32,577 nt of DNA from the NCBI GenBank assembly GCA_041497895.1, contig JBGQHJ010000039.1, positions 1-32,577 on the forward strand. The letters run 5' to 3'. The DNA comes from Candidatus Methylomirabilia bacterium (lineage in GTDB: Bacteria; Methylomirabilota; Methylomirabilia; Rokubacteriales; CSP1-6). Below are positions 13,117-22,029 of this stretch, piece after piece. Numbering within the stretch: position 1 is the stretch's first letter; every line of letters begins with the position of its first letter. Position numbers and translations under genes: made by a program. The notes beneath the pieces were generated by a model, which had not been told where the DNA came from, ran no database searches, and saw nothing but the letters and a program-made list of their open reading frames with translations.

Positions 13117-14919
13117 ATGCGGCTCGGAGTCCGCGGGCGCGAGGCGCTGGTCGTCAGCCTCCTCACCCTGCTGGTGGTCGCCACCGCGACCGCGATTCAC
13201 CTCTCGCAGGTGAGCCGGGTGGTGGTGCAGGAGGCGATCAAGCAGGCCGAGCTGATCGCCAAGCAGATCTACGCCCAGAGCGGCCGCGCGATCCAGCGCG
13301 CCCCCGGCGCCGACCCGCTGGACGCGCTGCGGGACGACCCTGAGCTGCGGAGCTTCCTCGACGCGAGCGTGGGCTACTCGCCCCACCTGCTCTACGCGCT
13401 GATCTCGGACGCCACCGGCACCGTGCTGCTGCACACCGAGCGGCGCAAGGAGGGGCAGGCCGCCCCCGAGCGGCCGAGCCTCGAGGGTCTCCTCAAGATG
13501 GACACCCTGAGCCGCTTCTCGGCGCTCTACAACGCCGGGCGCACCTACGAGACCGCGCTGCCGGTGACGCTCAACGACCGCTTCTTCGGCTCGATCCGGC
13601 TCGGGGTCTCCACCACGCTCCTCCGTCGCGAGGTGACCGCGTCGCTGCAGCAGAGCCTCGCGGTGGCGGCGGTGGCCCTGCCGCTCGCGTGGCTCGCCGC
13701 GATGGTGCTGGCCCAGCTCACGGTGCGGCCCATCCGCGCCATCGTGGGCCAGGTCGACCGCATCCGCCGGGGCGAGCCGGTGGAGGCGACCGCGGTGGCG
13801 GGCGGCGACGAGTTCCAGGAGCTCTCGGCCCAGCTCTCGCGCCTCGGGCGCGAGCTGCAGGCCGACCGGCTGTCCACGCTCAGCGAGAAGGCGCACCTGC
13901 AGCAGGTGGTCGACCAGCTCGAGGACGGGGTGATCTTCCTGAACCCGGAGCGGCGCATCCTGTTCTTCAACCGGGTCGCCGAGACGGTGGTGGGCCTCTC
14001 GCTCGAGCAGACGGTGGGACTGCCCATCCACGAGGTGCTCGATCCGACGCACCCCCTGCTGCCCTTCGTGGACCAGGTACTGAACGGCGCCGCCGGCATC
14101 CGCAACGCCACCGTGGTGCTCCCCCAGGACGGGCGAGAGAAGGAGTTCCTGGTCTCCGCCTTCCACATGGAGGACGCCCATCAGGTGATGGGGGTGGCGG
14201 TGCTGCTCAAGGATCTGGAGTCGATCAAGACCGTCCAGTCCCTCGTGAGCTACTCGGCCAAGCTGGCCGCGCTCGGGCGGCTCACCTCCGGGGTGGCGCA
14301 CGAGGTGAAGAACCCGCTCAACGCCATGATGATCCACGTCGAGCTGCTCAAGGAGCGCCTCGAGGAGGCCGACCCCGACGTCAAGCAGAGCCTCGAGGTC
14401 ATCGGGAGCGAGATCCGGCGGCTGGACCGGGTGGTGCAGGGGTTCCTCAAGTTCATGCGGCCGCAGGAGCTGACCCTCAAGCCGGTGGACCTCAACTCGA
14501 TGCTGCAGAGCGTGGGCGCGCTGCTGGAGGCGGAGGGCCAGAGTCTCGGGGTGCGCTTCGTGCTCGACCTGGACGCGGCGCTGCCGTCGGTGAGCGGCGA
14601 CGAGGAGCTCCTGCGCCAGGCCTTCATCAACATCGTGCAGAACGCGGTCCAGGCCATGCCGGGCGGCGGGGCGGTCCGCATCCGCACCCGTCCCGAGGGG
14701 CTCGACTGGGTGCGGGTGACGGTCACCGACCAGGGCGTGGGGATCGCTCCCGAGGACCTCGACAAGATCTTCAAGCTCTATTACACGAGCAAGCCGGGCG
14801 GCAGCGGCATCGGCCTCTCGGTGGTGTATCGCATCGTGCAGCTGCACGACGGCGTGATCGAGGCGAAGTCGCAACCGGGGCGGGGCACCGCGGTGATCGT
14901 GCGCCTGCCGGTGCGGTGA
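13117..14919 (+). CDS. Membrane sensor histidine kinase (TM-periplasmic-TM-HAMP-PAS-HisKA-HATPase)
   Basis: Two hydrophobic segments, H-box AHEVKNPL, N-box NIVQNA, DQGVG, GSGIGL. Confidence 0.95.
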   Translation: MRLGVRGREALVVSLLTLLVVATATAIHLSQVSRVVVQEAIKQAELIAKQIYAQSGRAIQRAPGADPLDALRDDPELRSFLDASVGYSPHLLYALISDATGTVLLHTERRKEGQAAPERPSLEGLLKMDTLSRFSALYNAGRTYETALPVTLNDRFFGSIRLGVSTTLLRREVTASLQQSLAVAAVALPLAWLAAMVLAQLTVRPIRAIVGQVDRIRRGEPVEATAVAGGDEFQELSAQLSRLGRELQADRLSTLSEKAHLQQVVDQLEDGVIFLNPERRILFFNRVAETVVGLSLEQTVGLPIHEVLDPTHPLLPFVDQVLNGAAGIRNATVVLPQDGREKEFLVSAFHMEDAHQVMGVAVLLKDLESIKTVQSLVSYSAKLAALGRLTSGVAHEVKNPLNAMMIHVELLKERLEEADPDVKQSLEVIGSEIRRLDRVVQGFLKFMRPQELTLKPVDLNSMLQSVGALLEAEGQSLGVRFVLDLDAALPSVSGDEELLRQAFINIVQNAVQAMPGGGAVRIRTRPEGLDWVRVTVTDQGVGIAPEDLDKIFKLYYTSKPGGSGIGLSVVYRIVQLHDGVIEAKSQPGRGTAVIVRLPVR

Positions 14920-14924
14920 CGCGC

Positions 14925-15473
14925 ATGCGCGCGCTGGTCTGGCTCTCGATCCTGGCCGCCGCCCTCGGCGGGTGCGCGAGCGTGGGCGACCTCTTCCTGC
15001 CCGCCCCGGCGGTCTCGCAGCGGCCCGCGGTGGTGGATGAGGAGCCCGTGCCCGCTCCCGCCCGGCCTGCCCCGGCGGCCCGCGAGCCGGCGCCGGGGCC
15101 CGCCAAGCCCGCGCCGCCGCCGACTCGCGAGCAGCCCCCCGCTCCGGTCGCCCCGCTGCCGGCGCCGCCGCGGACCGCGGCGATTCCTCGCGAGCCCACG
15201 GTGCCCGCGCCGGTCCTGGCCCCGCAGGCGAGCGCAGAGGAAGAGCAGCGCATCAAGAGCCAGGCGGAGCGGCGGATCGAGGGCACCGAGCGGCTGGTGC
15301 AGAAGATCGACCCCTCGCGGCTGGTCCGGGAGCAGCGGGAGAACTACCTGACGATCCAGAGCTTTCTCGCGAAGGCGCGAGAGGCCCTCTCGACCCGCGA
15401 CGTGCAGCGCGCGTTCACCCTGGCCGACAAGGCGTATCTCCTCGCCGACGAGCTCTCCAAGGGCCCGCGGTGA
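14925..15473 (+). CDS. Pro-rich lipoprotein with C-terminal helical domain, function unknown
   Basis: Signal peptide with lipobox LGGC, Pro/Ala linker, amphipathic helices; GTG 14916 overlaps the kinase stop. Confidence 0.8.
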   Translation: MRALVWLSILAAALGGCASVGDLFLPAPAVSQRPAVVDEEPVPAPARPAPAAREPAPGPAKPAPPPTREQPPAPVAPLPAPPRTAAIPREPTVPAPVLAPQASAEEEQRIKSQAERRIEGTERLVQKIDPSRLVREQRENYLTIQSFLAKAREALSTRDVQRAFTLADKAYLLADELSKGPR

Positions 15474-15479
15474 GGACGT

Positions 15480-15510
15480 GTAAAGCCTACGCGCCTCGGT
15501 AAGTCTTACC
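15480..15510. promoter_or_regulatory. Tandem GTAA-N3-TTAC boxes (putative upstream activator site)
   Basis: GTAAAGCCTAC 15480-15490 and palindromic GGTAAGTCTTACC 15498-15510. Confidence 0.65.
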
Positions 15511-15586
15511 GGCCTCCTTCGGACGGGGCAGGGGCCGGCTGTCTCTAACTCCTCGCCGCTGCGGCGCGACGAGACCCCGGCGCTCG

Positions 15587-15601
15587 TGGCACGCGGGTTG
15601 C
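15587..15601 (+). promoter_or_regulatory. Sigma-54 -24/-12 promoter
   Basis: TGGCACG-CGGG-TTGC, consensus match, upstream of RBS GAGGAG and ATG 15645. Confidence 0.85.
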
Positions 15602-15644
15602 GGCTCAGTCCCTTGAATTCCAATCCCGCCGGAGAGGAGATCGT

Positions 15645-16187
15645 ATGCGCAGTCGACTGCTCGGCGCCGCGTTTCGATGCCTGGCCCTGGGGCTGATCTC
15701 GGCCTCACTCACCGTGGCGTGCACGATCGAGCCTCCGGCCGGGACGCCACCGCCGCCGCTGTCGGGCGCGCTCGAGAGCGGCCCGCGCGAGACCACCTTC
15801 GGCCGCACCGGCGATGAGGTCGTGAACAATCCCCAGCTCCGCGACAAGATCCGCAACATGTTCGGCGCGGACTGGGCGCCGGGCGGCAAGCTCGTGCGGG
15901 GCGCGATGGCCCATCTCGGTCGCACCGAGCCGCCCCGCGGCGTGCGCATCGGCGACCGGAACTACGTCGCGGTCACCGGGTGCGTGCCGGCCACCTGCCG
16001 GACCGAGCGCGTCCTGCTGCTGATCCAGGAAGGCGGCGAGGCCATGCTGGCGCGCCTCGACGAGGGCGGCTTCTCCCACTACTACGCCTACGGTGGCGAC
16101 TGGGGCCTCGCGGGCTCGACGGCCCGCATCGTGGACAGCGGGCTTCGCGCGCTCGAGCGCACCGGCGACCCGTATCCGAGGTCCTGA
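15645..16187 (+). CDS. Lipoprotein resembling Ivy (inhibitor of vertebrate lysozyme) family
   Basis: Lipobox TVAC; VRIGDRNYVAVTG-CVPATC-RTERVLLL resembles the Ivy strand-CxxxxC loop-strand pattern. Confidence 0.6.
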   Translation: MRSRLLGAAFRCLALGLISASLTVACTIEPPAGTPPPPLSGALESGPRETTFGRTGDEVVNNPQLRDKIRNMFGADWAPGGKLVRGAMAHLGRTEPPRGVRIGDRNYVAVTGCVPATCRTERVLLLIQEGGEAMLARLDEGGFSHYYAYGGDWGLAGSTARIVDSGLRALERTGDPYPRS

Positions 16188-16203
16188 GACCGGTCCGTCA
16201 CCC

Positions 16204-16232
16204 TTGACCGGCCCGCTCCCGCTCGTTATGCT
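16204..16232 (+). promoter_or_regulatory. Sigma-70-type promoter upstream of otsB
   Basis: TTGACC-17 nt-TATGCT. Confidence 0.55.
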
Positions 16233-16346
16233 GACGTCTGCCCCTCCGACCCGGTCGTTCTCGCAGTCAAGATGCACCATGTCGATACCGAGCGCGCGAC
16301 GTATCCAAGCCGCACCCACCGCGTCCCGCGGCCGGGGGCGCGGGGC

Positions 16347-17159
16347 ATGAGCGATCTCGCCCGCCTGCTGGGCTGGGTCGGCGATTGGGTCGCCGGTGAG
16401 GGGAGGCTCCTGCTCATGACCGATTACGACGGGACCCTGACGCCGATCGTGGACGATCCGGCCGACGCCTTCCTCACCGAGGACACGCGGGAGCAGCTCC
16501 TGCGGATCGCCCGCTCCCCGCGCGGCTCGGTGGCGATCATCTCGGGCCGCGGCCTCGATGACCTTCGGGCCCGCGTGGCCATCCCGGAGGTGATCTACGC
16601 CGGCTGCCACGGGCTGGAGGTCGCGGGCCCGGGTCTCGAGTTCCGTCATCCCGACGCGGTGGCCCAGCAGACGATGCTGTGGGCGGTGGGCGAGACGCTG
16701 GCGCGCCGCGCTCCCACGGTCAGCGGCATGCGGGTGGAGGCCAAGGGCCTCGCGGTGGCCGTCCACTATCGCCACGTGGCCGCGGACGAGATCCGTCGGG
16801 TCGAGATCGAGCTGGCTCGGGCCATCCGGGAGCAGGGGAGCCGGCTCAAGATCTTCCACGGGACCAAGGTGATCGAGGTGCTGCCCCAGGTGGCGTGGAC
16901 CAAGGGCGAGTGCGCCCGCTGGATCCAGGAGCGCGTGCTGGCGGCGGGCCCCGGGTCCGGGCCCGCGCTCTGGCTCTACCTGGGCGACGACTGGACGGAC
17001 GAGCACGCCTTCGAGATGCTGAGCGGCCTGGCCCTCACGATCCGGGTGGGCGACGCGGTGCCCGCGTCCAAGGCGGCCTACCGGCTGCGCGACGTGGGCG
17101 AGGTCCAGCAGCTGCTCACCGCGCTGGCCGAGGGCGCGACGGCGGGGAGCCGGGCGTGA
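16347..17159 (+). CDS. otsB: Trehalose-6-phosphate phosphatase
   Basis: HAD motifs DYDGTLTPI, ISGR, GCHGLE, KGECA, GDDWTDE. Confidence 0.93.
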   Translation: MSDLARLLGWVGDWVAGEGRLLLMTDYDGTLTPIVDDPADAFLTEDTREQLLRIARSPRGSVAIISGRGLDDLRARVAIPEVIYAGCHGLEVAGPGLEFRHPDAVAQQTMLWAVGETLARRAPTVSGMRVEAKGLAVAVHYRHVAADEIRRVEIELARAIREQGSRLKIFHGTKVIEVLPQVAWTKGECARWIQERVLAAGPGSGPALWLYLGDDWTDEHAFEMLSGLALTIRVGDAVPASKAAYRLRDVGEVQQLLTALAEGATAGSRA

Positions 17160-19408
17160 AGTTCCAGCTGAGGCTCGTCGCCGCGCTGTGCCTGGCCTCC
17201 CTCGTGGTGGTCGGCGCCTTCGCGTACTTCCAGTTCGTCGAGGATCGGCAGCGGCTGACCGGCGAGCTCGACCGGCGCGCGACCCTCGTGAGCGAGGGGC
17301 TCAAGGAGGTGCTCGAGCCCGCCCTCGGCCCGCGCGTCAGCAAGCCGCAGATCGACCGGCTGATCAAGAAGTTCAGCAAGCCGGACCTGGGTCTGGCGGT
17401 CTACGATCGCGTGGCCTCCCTCATCGCGGCGACGCCGGACGTGGCCAAGCAGCTCGAGAACCCGCCGCCGGAAGCCACGTGGGCGCTCACCTCGGGGGCG
17501 GTCCAGACCGGCTTCCGCAAGCTCGGGGGCACCACGCGCTACGTCTACGCCGACCCGATCTTGAGAGAGGACAAGTCCGCCGGGGCGCTGGTGATCTTCC
17601 TGGACGCGAGCGATCTGGAGACCGCCGAGTGGGAGCTCTGGCGCTTCAACGCTATCCGCTTCCTGGTCCTCGCGGTCGCGCTCGCCCTGATCGCCCTCCT
17701 GGTGGTCCGCATGAGCCTGACCCAGCCGCTCGCCAAGATGGCGCGCTGGACCAAGGCGGTGCGGCGAGGGCACGTGATCGAGCCGCCCGAGCTGCCGGAC
17801 GAGAGCCTCTTCGGGCCCATCGCGCGCGAGGTCACGGTGCTGGCCAAGAACCTCCAGCGGGCGCGCGCCGCGGCCGAGGAGGAGGCCGCGCTGCGCCTGA
17901 TCGGCCAGACCCTGTGGACCGAGGAGCGGCTCAAGCAGTTCGCCAAGATGCGGCTCGGGGAGCGCCCGCTGGTGGTGGTCTCGAACCGCGAGCCGGTGAG
18001 TCACATCTGGAAGGACGGCCAGATCCAGGTGGTGACCCCGGCGAGCGGCCTGGTCACCGCGATGGATCCGGTGATGCGGGCCTGCGGCGGCGTGTGGGTG
18101 GCGCAGGCCAGCGGCGACGCCGACCGCGAGACCGCGGACGCCCGCGGGCGGCTGCGCGTGCCGCCGGACGACCCGCGGTTCACCCTCAAGCGGGTGTGGC
18201 TCACCACCGAGGAGGAGGCGGGCTACTACTACGGCTTCTCGAACGAGGGCCTGTGGCCGCTCTGCCACATCGTGCACAACCGCCCGCTCTTCCGCCCCGA
18301 GGACTGGGCGCAGTACCGCGCGGTCAACGAGAAGTTCGCCGCCGCGGTCCTCGAGGAGATCGCGGGCACCGAGTCGCCGATGGTCCTGATCCAGGACTAC
18401 CACTTCGCGCTCCTGCCGAGCCTCATCAAGCGCGAGCGCCCCGACGCGCGCACCGCCATCTTCTGGCACATCCCGTGGCCGAACTTCGAGGCCTTCTCGA
18501 TCTGCCCGTGGCAGGACGAGCTCCTGCTGGGGATGCTGGGCGCCGATCTCATCGGCTTCCACACCCAGTACTACTGCAACAACTTCCTCGACACGGTGGA
18601 GCGCGCGATCGAGGCCCGCATCGACTGGGAGCGCTTCTCGGTCACCCGCGGCCAGCACGTGACCTCGGTCAAGCCGTTCCCGATCAGCGTGGCCCCCGGC
18701 TTCGTGGACAACCCGCCCACCACGTCACGCCAGACCCTGCTCGAGAGCCTCGGCACCACCGCCGAGTTCCTCGGGGTGGGGGTGGAGCGGCTCGACTACA
18801 CCAAGGGCCTGCCCGAGCGCTTCCGCGCCCTGGGCCGCTTCTTCGAGCGCTTCCCGGAGTACCGGGAGCGCCTGGTGTTCGTGCAGCTCGCCGCGCCCAG
18901 CCGCAGCACCATCCCCCGGTACCAGGCGCTGGAGGCGGAGGTGGACGCGGCGATTCAGGAGGTCAACGGCGCCTACCAGACCAAGCACTGGAAGCCGATC
19001 CTGTACCTCAAGCGCCACCACGAGCACCGCGACATCTGGCCGTTCTACCGCCACGCCGACTTCTGCATGGTCACGTCGCTGCACGACGGGATGAATCTGG
19101 TCGCCAAGGAGTTCATCTCGGTGCGGGACGACGAGGACGGCGCGCTGATCCTGAGCCAGTTCACCGGGGCCTCTTCCGAGCTGCGCGACGCGATCCTGGT
19201 GAACCCGTACGACGTCGACGGCATGGCCGAGGCCATTCGGACCGCGGTCGCGATGCCCGCGGATGAGCGGCGGGCGCGCATGGCGCGGATGCGGCAGGGG
19301 GTGCGCGAGCACAACATCTACCGGTGGGCGGGGCTGCTCTTGAGCGAGCTCGAGCGCATTCCGGAGGGGTCGGCCAGCAGCCACTCGACGGCCAGCCAGG
19401 TGTCCTGA
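17156..19408 (+). CDS. otsA: Trehalose-6-phosphate synthase (GT20) with N-terminal TM-periplasmic-TM-HAMP module
   Basis: VSNREP, GLVTAM, YYYGFSNEGLWPLCH, QDYH, HIPWP, ERLDYTKG, DGMNLVAKE; about 270 extra N-terminal residues with two TM segments; GTGA overlap with otsB. Confidence 0.93.
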   Translation: MKFQLRLVAALCLASLVVVGAFAYFQFVEDRQRLTGELDRRATLVSEGLKEVLEPALGPRVSKPQIDRLIKKFSKPDLGLAVYDRVASLIAATPDVAKQLENPPPEATWALTSGAVQTGFRKLGGTTRYVYADPILREDKSAGALVIFLDASDLETAEWELWRFNAIRFLVLAVALALIALLVVRMSLTQPLAKMARWTKAVRRGHVIEPPELPDESLFGPIAREVTVLAKNLQRARAAAEEEAALRLIGQTLWTEERLKQFAKMRLGERPLVVVSNREPVSHIWKDGQIQVVTPASGLVTAMDPVMRACGGVWVAQASGDADRETADARGRLRVPPDDPRFTLKRVWLTTEEEAGYYYGFSNEGLWPLCHIVHNRPLFRPEDWAQYRAVNEKFAAAVLEEIAGTESPMVLIQDYHFALLPSLIKRERPDARTAIFWHIPWPNFEAFSICPWQDELLLGMLGADLIGFHTQYYCNNFLDTVERAIEARIDWERFSVTRGQHVTSVKPFPISVAPGFVDNPPTTSRQTLLESLGTTAEFLGVGVERLDYTKGLPERFRALGRFFERFPEYRERLVFVQLAAPSRSTIPRYQALEAEVDAAIQEVNGAYQTKHWKPILYLKRHHEHRDIWPFYRHADFCMVTSLHDGMNLVAKEFISVRDDEDGALILSQFTGASSELRDAILVNPYDVDGMAEAIRTAVAMPADERRARMARMRQGVREHNIYRWAGLLLSELERIPEGSASSHSTASQVS

Positions 19409-19428
19409 GGGGGAGCCGGAGAAGCAGC

Positions 19429-19458
19429 AAGGGGGAGGGACGTGAGTCCCTCCCCCTT
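19429..19458. terminator. Hairpin between convergent genes (probable terminator)
   Basis: AAGGGGGAGGGAC-GTGA-GTCCCTCCCCCTT: 13-bp stem with a GNRA loop. Confidence 0.7.
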
Positions 19459-19473
19459 CTTCACTAGCAACCA

Positions 19474-19510
19474 CCCCTCACCCTACCCTCTCCCCTGAGG
19501 GGAGAGGGTA
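19474..19510 (+). repeat. REP-like palindromic element, copy 3
   Basis: CCCCTCACCC-TACCCTCTCCCC-TGA-GGGGAGAGGGTA. Confidence 0.85.
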
Positions 19511-19521
19511 GGAAGCGGGAT

Positions 19522-20157
19522 CTAGTCCTGGTCCACCAGCATCTTGACGGTCACCCGGCGCTTCTTCTCGTCGGGGCTCTCCTTGGCGGTGATGGGCCCG
19601 AGGCCTACCGCGTGCACCCGGGAGAGCTGCACGCCCTTCTCCACCAGGAAGCGGCGCACCGCCTCGACCCGACGCTGGCTGAGCCCGTAGTTGTAGTCCA
19701 CGGTGCCCTTCGGATCGGTGTAGCCGCCCAGCTCCACGATCAGGGTCGGGTTACCCTGCAGCTCCTTCACCACACCGGCCAGCGCGGTCTGGGCGCCGTC
19801 CGTCAGCTCGGCCTTGTCGAAACCGAAGTACACCTCGAGGGTGTCGGCCGTCTTCTGGTTGTAGCGGTTCGACCAGAGGCGGGTCAGGCGGGTATCCACG
19901 CCCTCGGCCTTGGTCATCGCGGCGTCGGCACGGCCCTTGGCCTCGGCCACGGCGCCCTCCAGGCTCTTCACCTGGGTCGTGACGCCCTTGACCTCGGTGC
20001 TCACCCCTTCGACCTGGCCCTCGACCTTCACGAAGCGCTGGTCCACGATGGCGTCCGACTTCGTGAACTGCTCCCGGACCCAGTCCTTGGTGGCGCACCC
20101 CGACACCAGCAGCACCGCCGCCGGCATCAGAACGCCGATCTTCATCATCTGTCGCAT
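19522..20157 (-). CDS. OmpA-family peptidoglycan-binding lipoprotein with coiled-coil stalk
   Basis: Lipobox VSGC-ATKDWV, heptad region, FGFDKAEL, GYTDPKG, YNYGLSQRR; AAGGAGG RBS. Confidence 0.9.
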   Translation of the reverse strand: MRQMMKIGVLMPAAVLLVSGCATKDWVREQFTKSDAIVDQRFVKVEGQVEGVSTEVKGVTTQVKSLEGAVAEAKGRADAAMTKAEGVDTRLTRLWSNRYNQKTADTLEVYFGFDKAELTDGAQTALAGVVKELQGNPTLIVELGGYTDPKGTVDYNYGLSQRRVEAVRRFLVEKGVQLSRVHAVGLGPITAKESPDEKKRRVTVKMLVDQD

Positions 20158-20221
20158 AAAAACCGCCTCCTTTGTGGACGTTGACCTACCGATCAGCACG
20201 AATGCGAACCCGCCTGGGGGA

Positions 20222-20236
20222 GCAACAACCACGCCA
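20222..20236 (-). promoter_or_regulatory. Sigma-54 -24/-12 promoter
   Basis: Minus strand (C)TGGCGT-GGTTG-TTGC(T), 65 nt upstream of the OmpA-family start. Confidence 0.72.
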
Positions 20237-20360
20237 GGCGGGTGAGTGAGATGGACGTCTAGCCGGCAAGCGCGCTTTGGGCAGGTATGGCGTCTACTTG
20301 GCCGGCGCGTGCGCCGGGTGGGCTCCGACGGGGCCGGCGTCCGCGAAGGGCGCGAACTTT

Positions 20361-20393
20361 ATAAAGATTACACGGTGAGTGTAATCGTTACAC
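20361..20393. promoter_or_regulatory. Tandem GTAA-N3-TTAC boxes (putative upstream activator site)
   Basis: ATAAAGATTAC 20361-20371 and GTGTAATCGTTACAC 20379-20393. Confidence 0.68.
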
Positions 20394-20405
20394 GCCGGTC
20401 CTTCC

Positions 20406-20442
20406 CCCCTCACCCCGACCCTCTCCCCACGGGGGGAGAGGG
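20406..20442 (+). repeat. REP-like palindromic element, copy 4
   Basis: CCCCTCACCC-CGA-CCCTCTCCCC-ACGG-GGGGAGAGGG. Confidence 0.85.
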
Positions 20443-20453
20443 GAAGGGAGGGA

Positions 20454-21932
20454 CTAGTGGACCGGGGTGGGCATGTGGATGTAGAGCTCCTGCTTGCTCG
20501 GCTTGCTCCCCGCCATCGGGCGCGGGGGTCGCATCTCGTAGCGGACCGGCTTCAGGTGGTCGGCGTACTGCCGCTCGGTGTTGTAGACCGTGCTGAACTT
20601 CCACAGCATCCGGAGGTAGTTGGTCTGGCCCCGGGAGGCGGCCCGGAGCGCGGCCCCGCCGTAGAGGCGGAGCGCTCCCCAGCCCAGGTGCTTGCGGTTC
20701 AGGACCGACTGGGTGTTCACCAGGAGCTCGTAGAAGCGCTTGAGCGGCAGCTTGGTGGGCAGGACCGCGTGCTGCACGTCGAAGAGGCGGTAGTCGCGGG
20801 AGGTGAGCTGGCGCGACTCGGTCAGCCAGAGCTCGGTGCCGGGGTAGGGGGTGGCGACCGTCAGGTGTACAACCTCGGGCACGGTGAGGGCCCAGTCCCG
20901 CACCGCCGCGAAGCGCGCCTCGTCCCAGCTGGGGTCGGCGATGATGTTGATCGCCACCGTGAGGCCCAGGGACCGGGCGATCTCGAGGGCGCGCAGGTTC
21001 TCGTTGAGGGTGACCCGCTTGCGGTGCGCCTTGAGCGCGTCCTCGTCCAGGGCCTCGATGCCCAGGAACATGTAGTAGAGCCCGAGCTTCTTCCAGCGGG
21101 CGAAGAGCTCCTGGTTCTTGATCAGCACGTCGCAGCGGGTCTCGAGGTAGTACTGCTTGCGGATGCGCCGTCGCTCGATCTCGCTCGCGATCGCGTCGCC
21201 GTGCTCCGGGTGGATGAAGGCCACGTCGTCGACGATGAAGACGTTGGGCTCGCGGATCCGGGCCAGGTCCTCACCCGCCGCCTCCGGCGAGCCCTTGCGG
21301 TAGCTGCGCCCGTAGAAGGTCCACGCGCTGCAGAACGAGCAGTCCCACGGGCAGCCGCGGGTGAACTCCACCGAGGCGCACGGGTCGAGCACGCCGATGA
21401 AGTACTTGTGGCGCTTCGGTCCGAGATCGCGCGCGGGGAGGTGCAGGTCCAGGTCGTCGAGCAGGGTCGGGCTCGGGCCCGCGCCGGTCCGCGTGACCAC
21501 CCCGGGCAGCGTGTCGAGCTTCGGGTCGCCGATGGCCTCGAGCACCCGCGGGGCGATGACCTCGCCCTCGCCGCGCACGATGCAATCGATGGCGCCCTCG
21601 GCGTGCTCGAGGAACTCGGCGGCCACGAACGACGCGCTGTGCCCGCCGACGAAGACGAAGGCGGAGCCGCGCCGGGCCCTGGTGTCCTTGGCGAGGTCGA
21701 TCACCTCCGGGACGTTGGCCAGGTAGTTCACCGAGAAGCCTACCGCCTGCGGGGCGAACGTCTCGAGCTCCCGCCGGTAGTCGGCGTGCGTGAAGATCTG
21801 CAGGTCGAGGAGCCGGACCTCATGGCCGGCCGCGCGGATCGCCGCGGCCACCCGCTCGAGGCCGAGGGGCTCGAGCCTCAGGTAGAGCTCGGAGTACATC
21901 AGGGGGCTCGGGTGCACCAGCAGCACGCGCAT
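20454..21932 (-). CDS. hpnR: Hopanoid C-3 methylase (B12-binding radical SAM)
   Basis: MRVLLVHPSPLMYSELYLRLEPLGLE N-terminus, GGHSASF, RGCPWDCSFCSAWTFYG, TPYPGTE, DYRLFDVQHAVLPT; AAAGGAGG RBS. Confidence 0.85.
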   Translation of the reverse strand: MRVLLVHPSPLMYSELYLRLEPLGLERVAAAIRAAGHEVRLLDLQIFTHADYRRELETFAPQAVGFSVNYLANVPEVIDLAKDTRARRGSAFVFVGGHSASFVAAEFLEHAEGAIDCIVRGEGEVIAPRVLEAIGDPKLDTLPGVVTRTGAGPSPTLLDDLDLHLPARDLGPKRHKYFIGVLDPCASVEFTRGCPWDCSFCSAWTFYGRSYRKGSPEAAGEDLARIREPNVFIVDDVAFIHPEHGDAIASEIERRRIRKQYYLETRCDVLIKNQELFARWKKLGLYYMFLGIEALDEDALKAHRKRVTLNENLRALEIARSLGLTVAINIIADPSWDEARFAAVRDWALTVPEVVHLTVATPYPGTELWLTESRQLTSRDYRLFDVQHAVLPTKLPLKRFYELLVNTQSVLNRKHLGWGALRLYGGAALRAASRGQTNYLRMLWKFSTVYNTERQYADHLKPVRYEMRPPRPMAGSKPSKQELYIHMPTPVH

Positions 21933-22029
21933 GGCGTCGTCCCTCCTTTCGGACGCATGATACGTGAGCCGTGCGCGGCCTGCCTCTCCGGGCTGCGTTT
22001 CTCGATGCCGCCCAGGTCCGCGCCAGACA

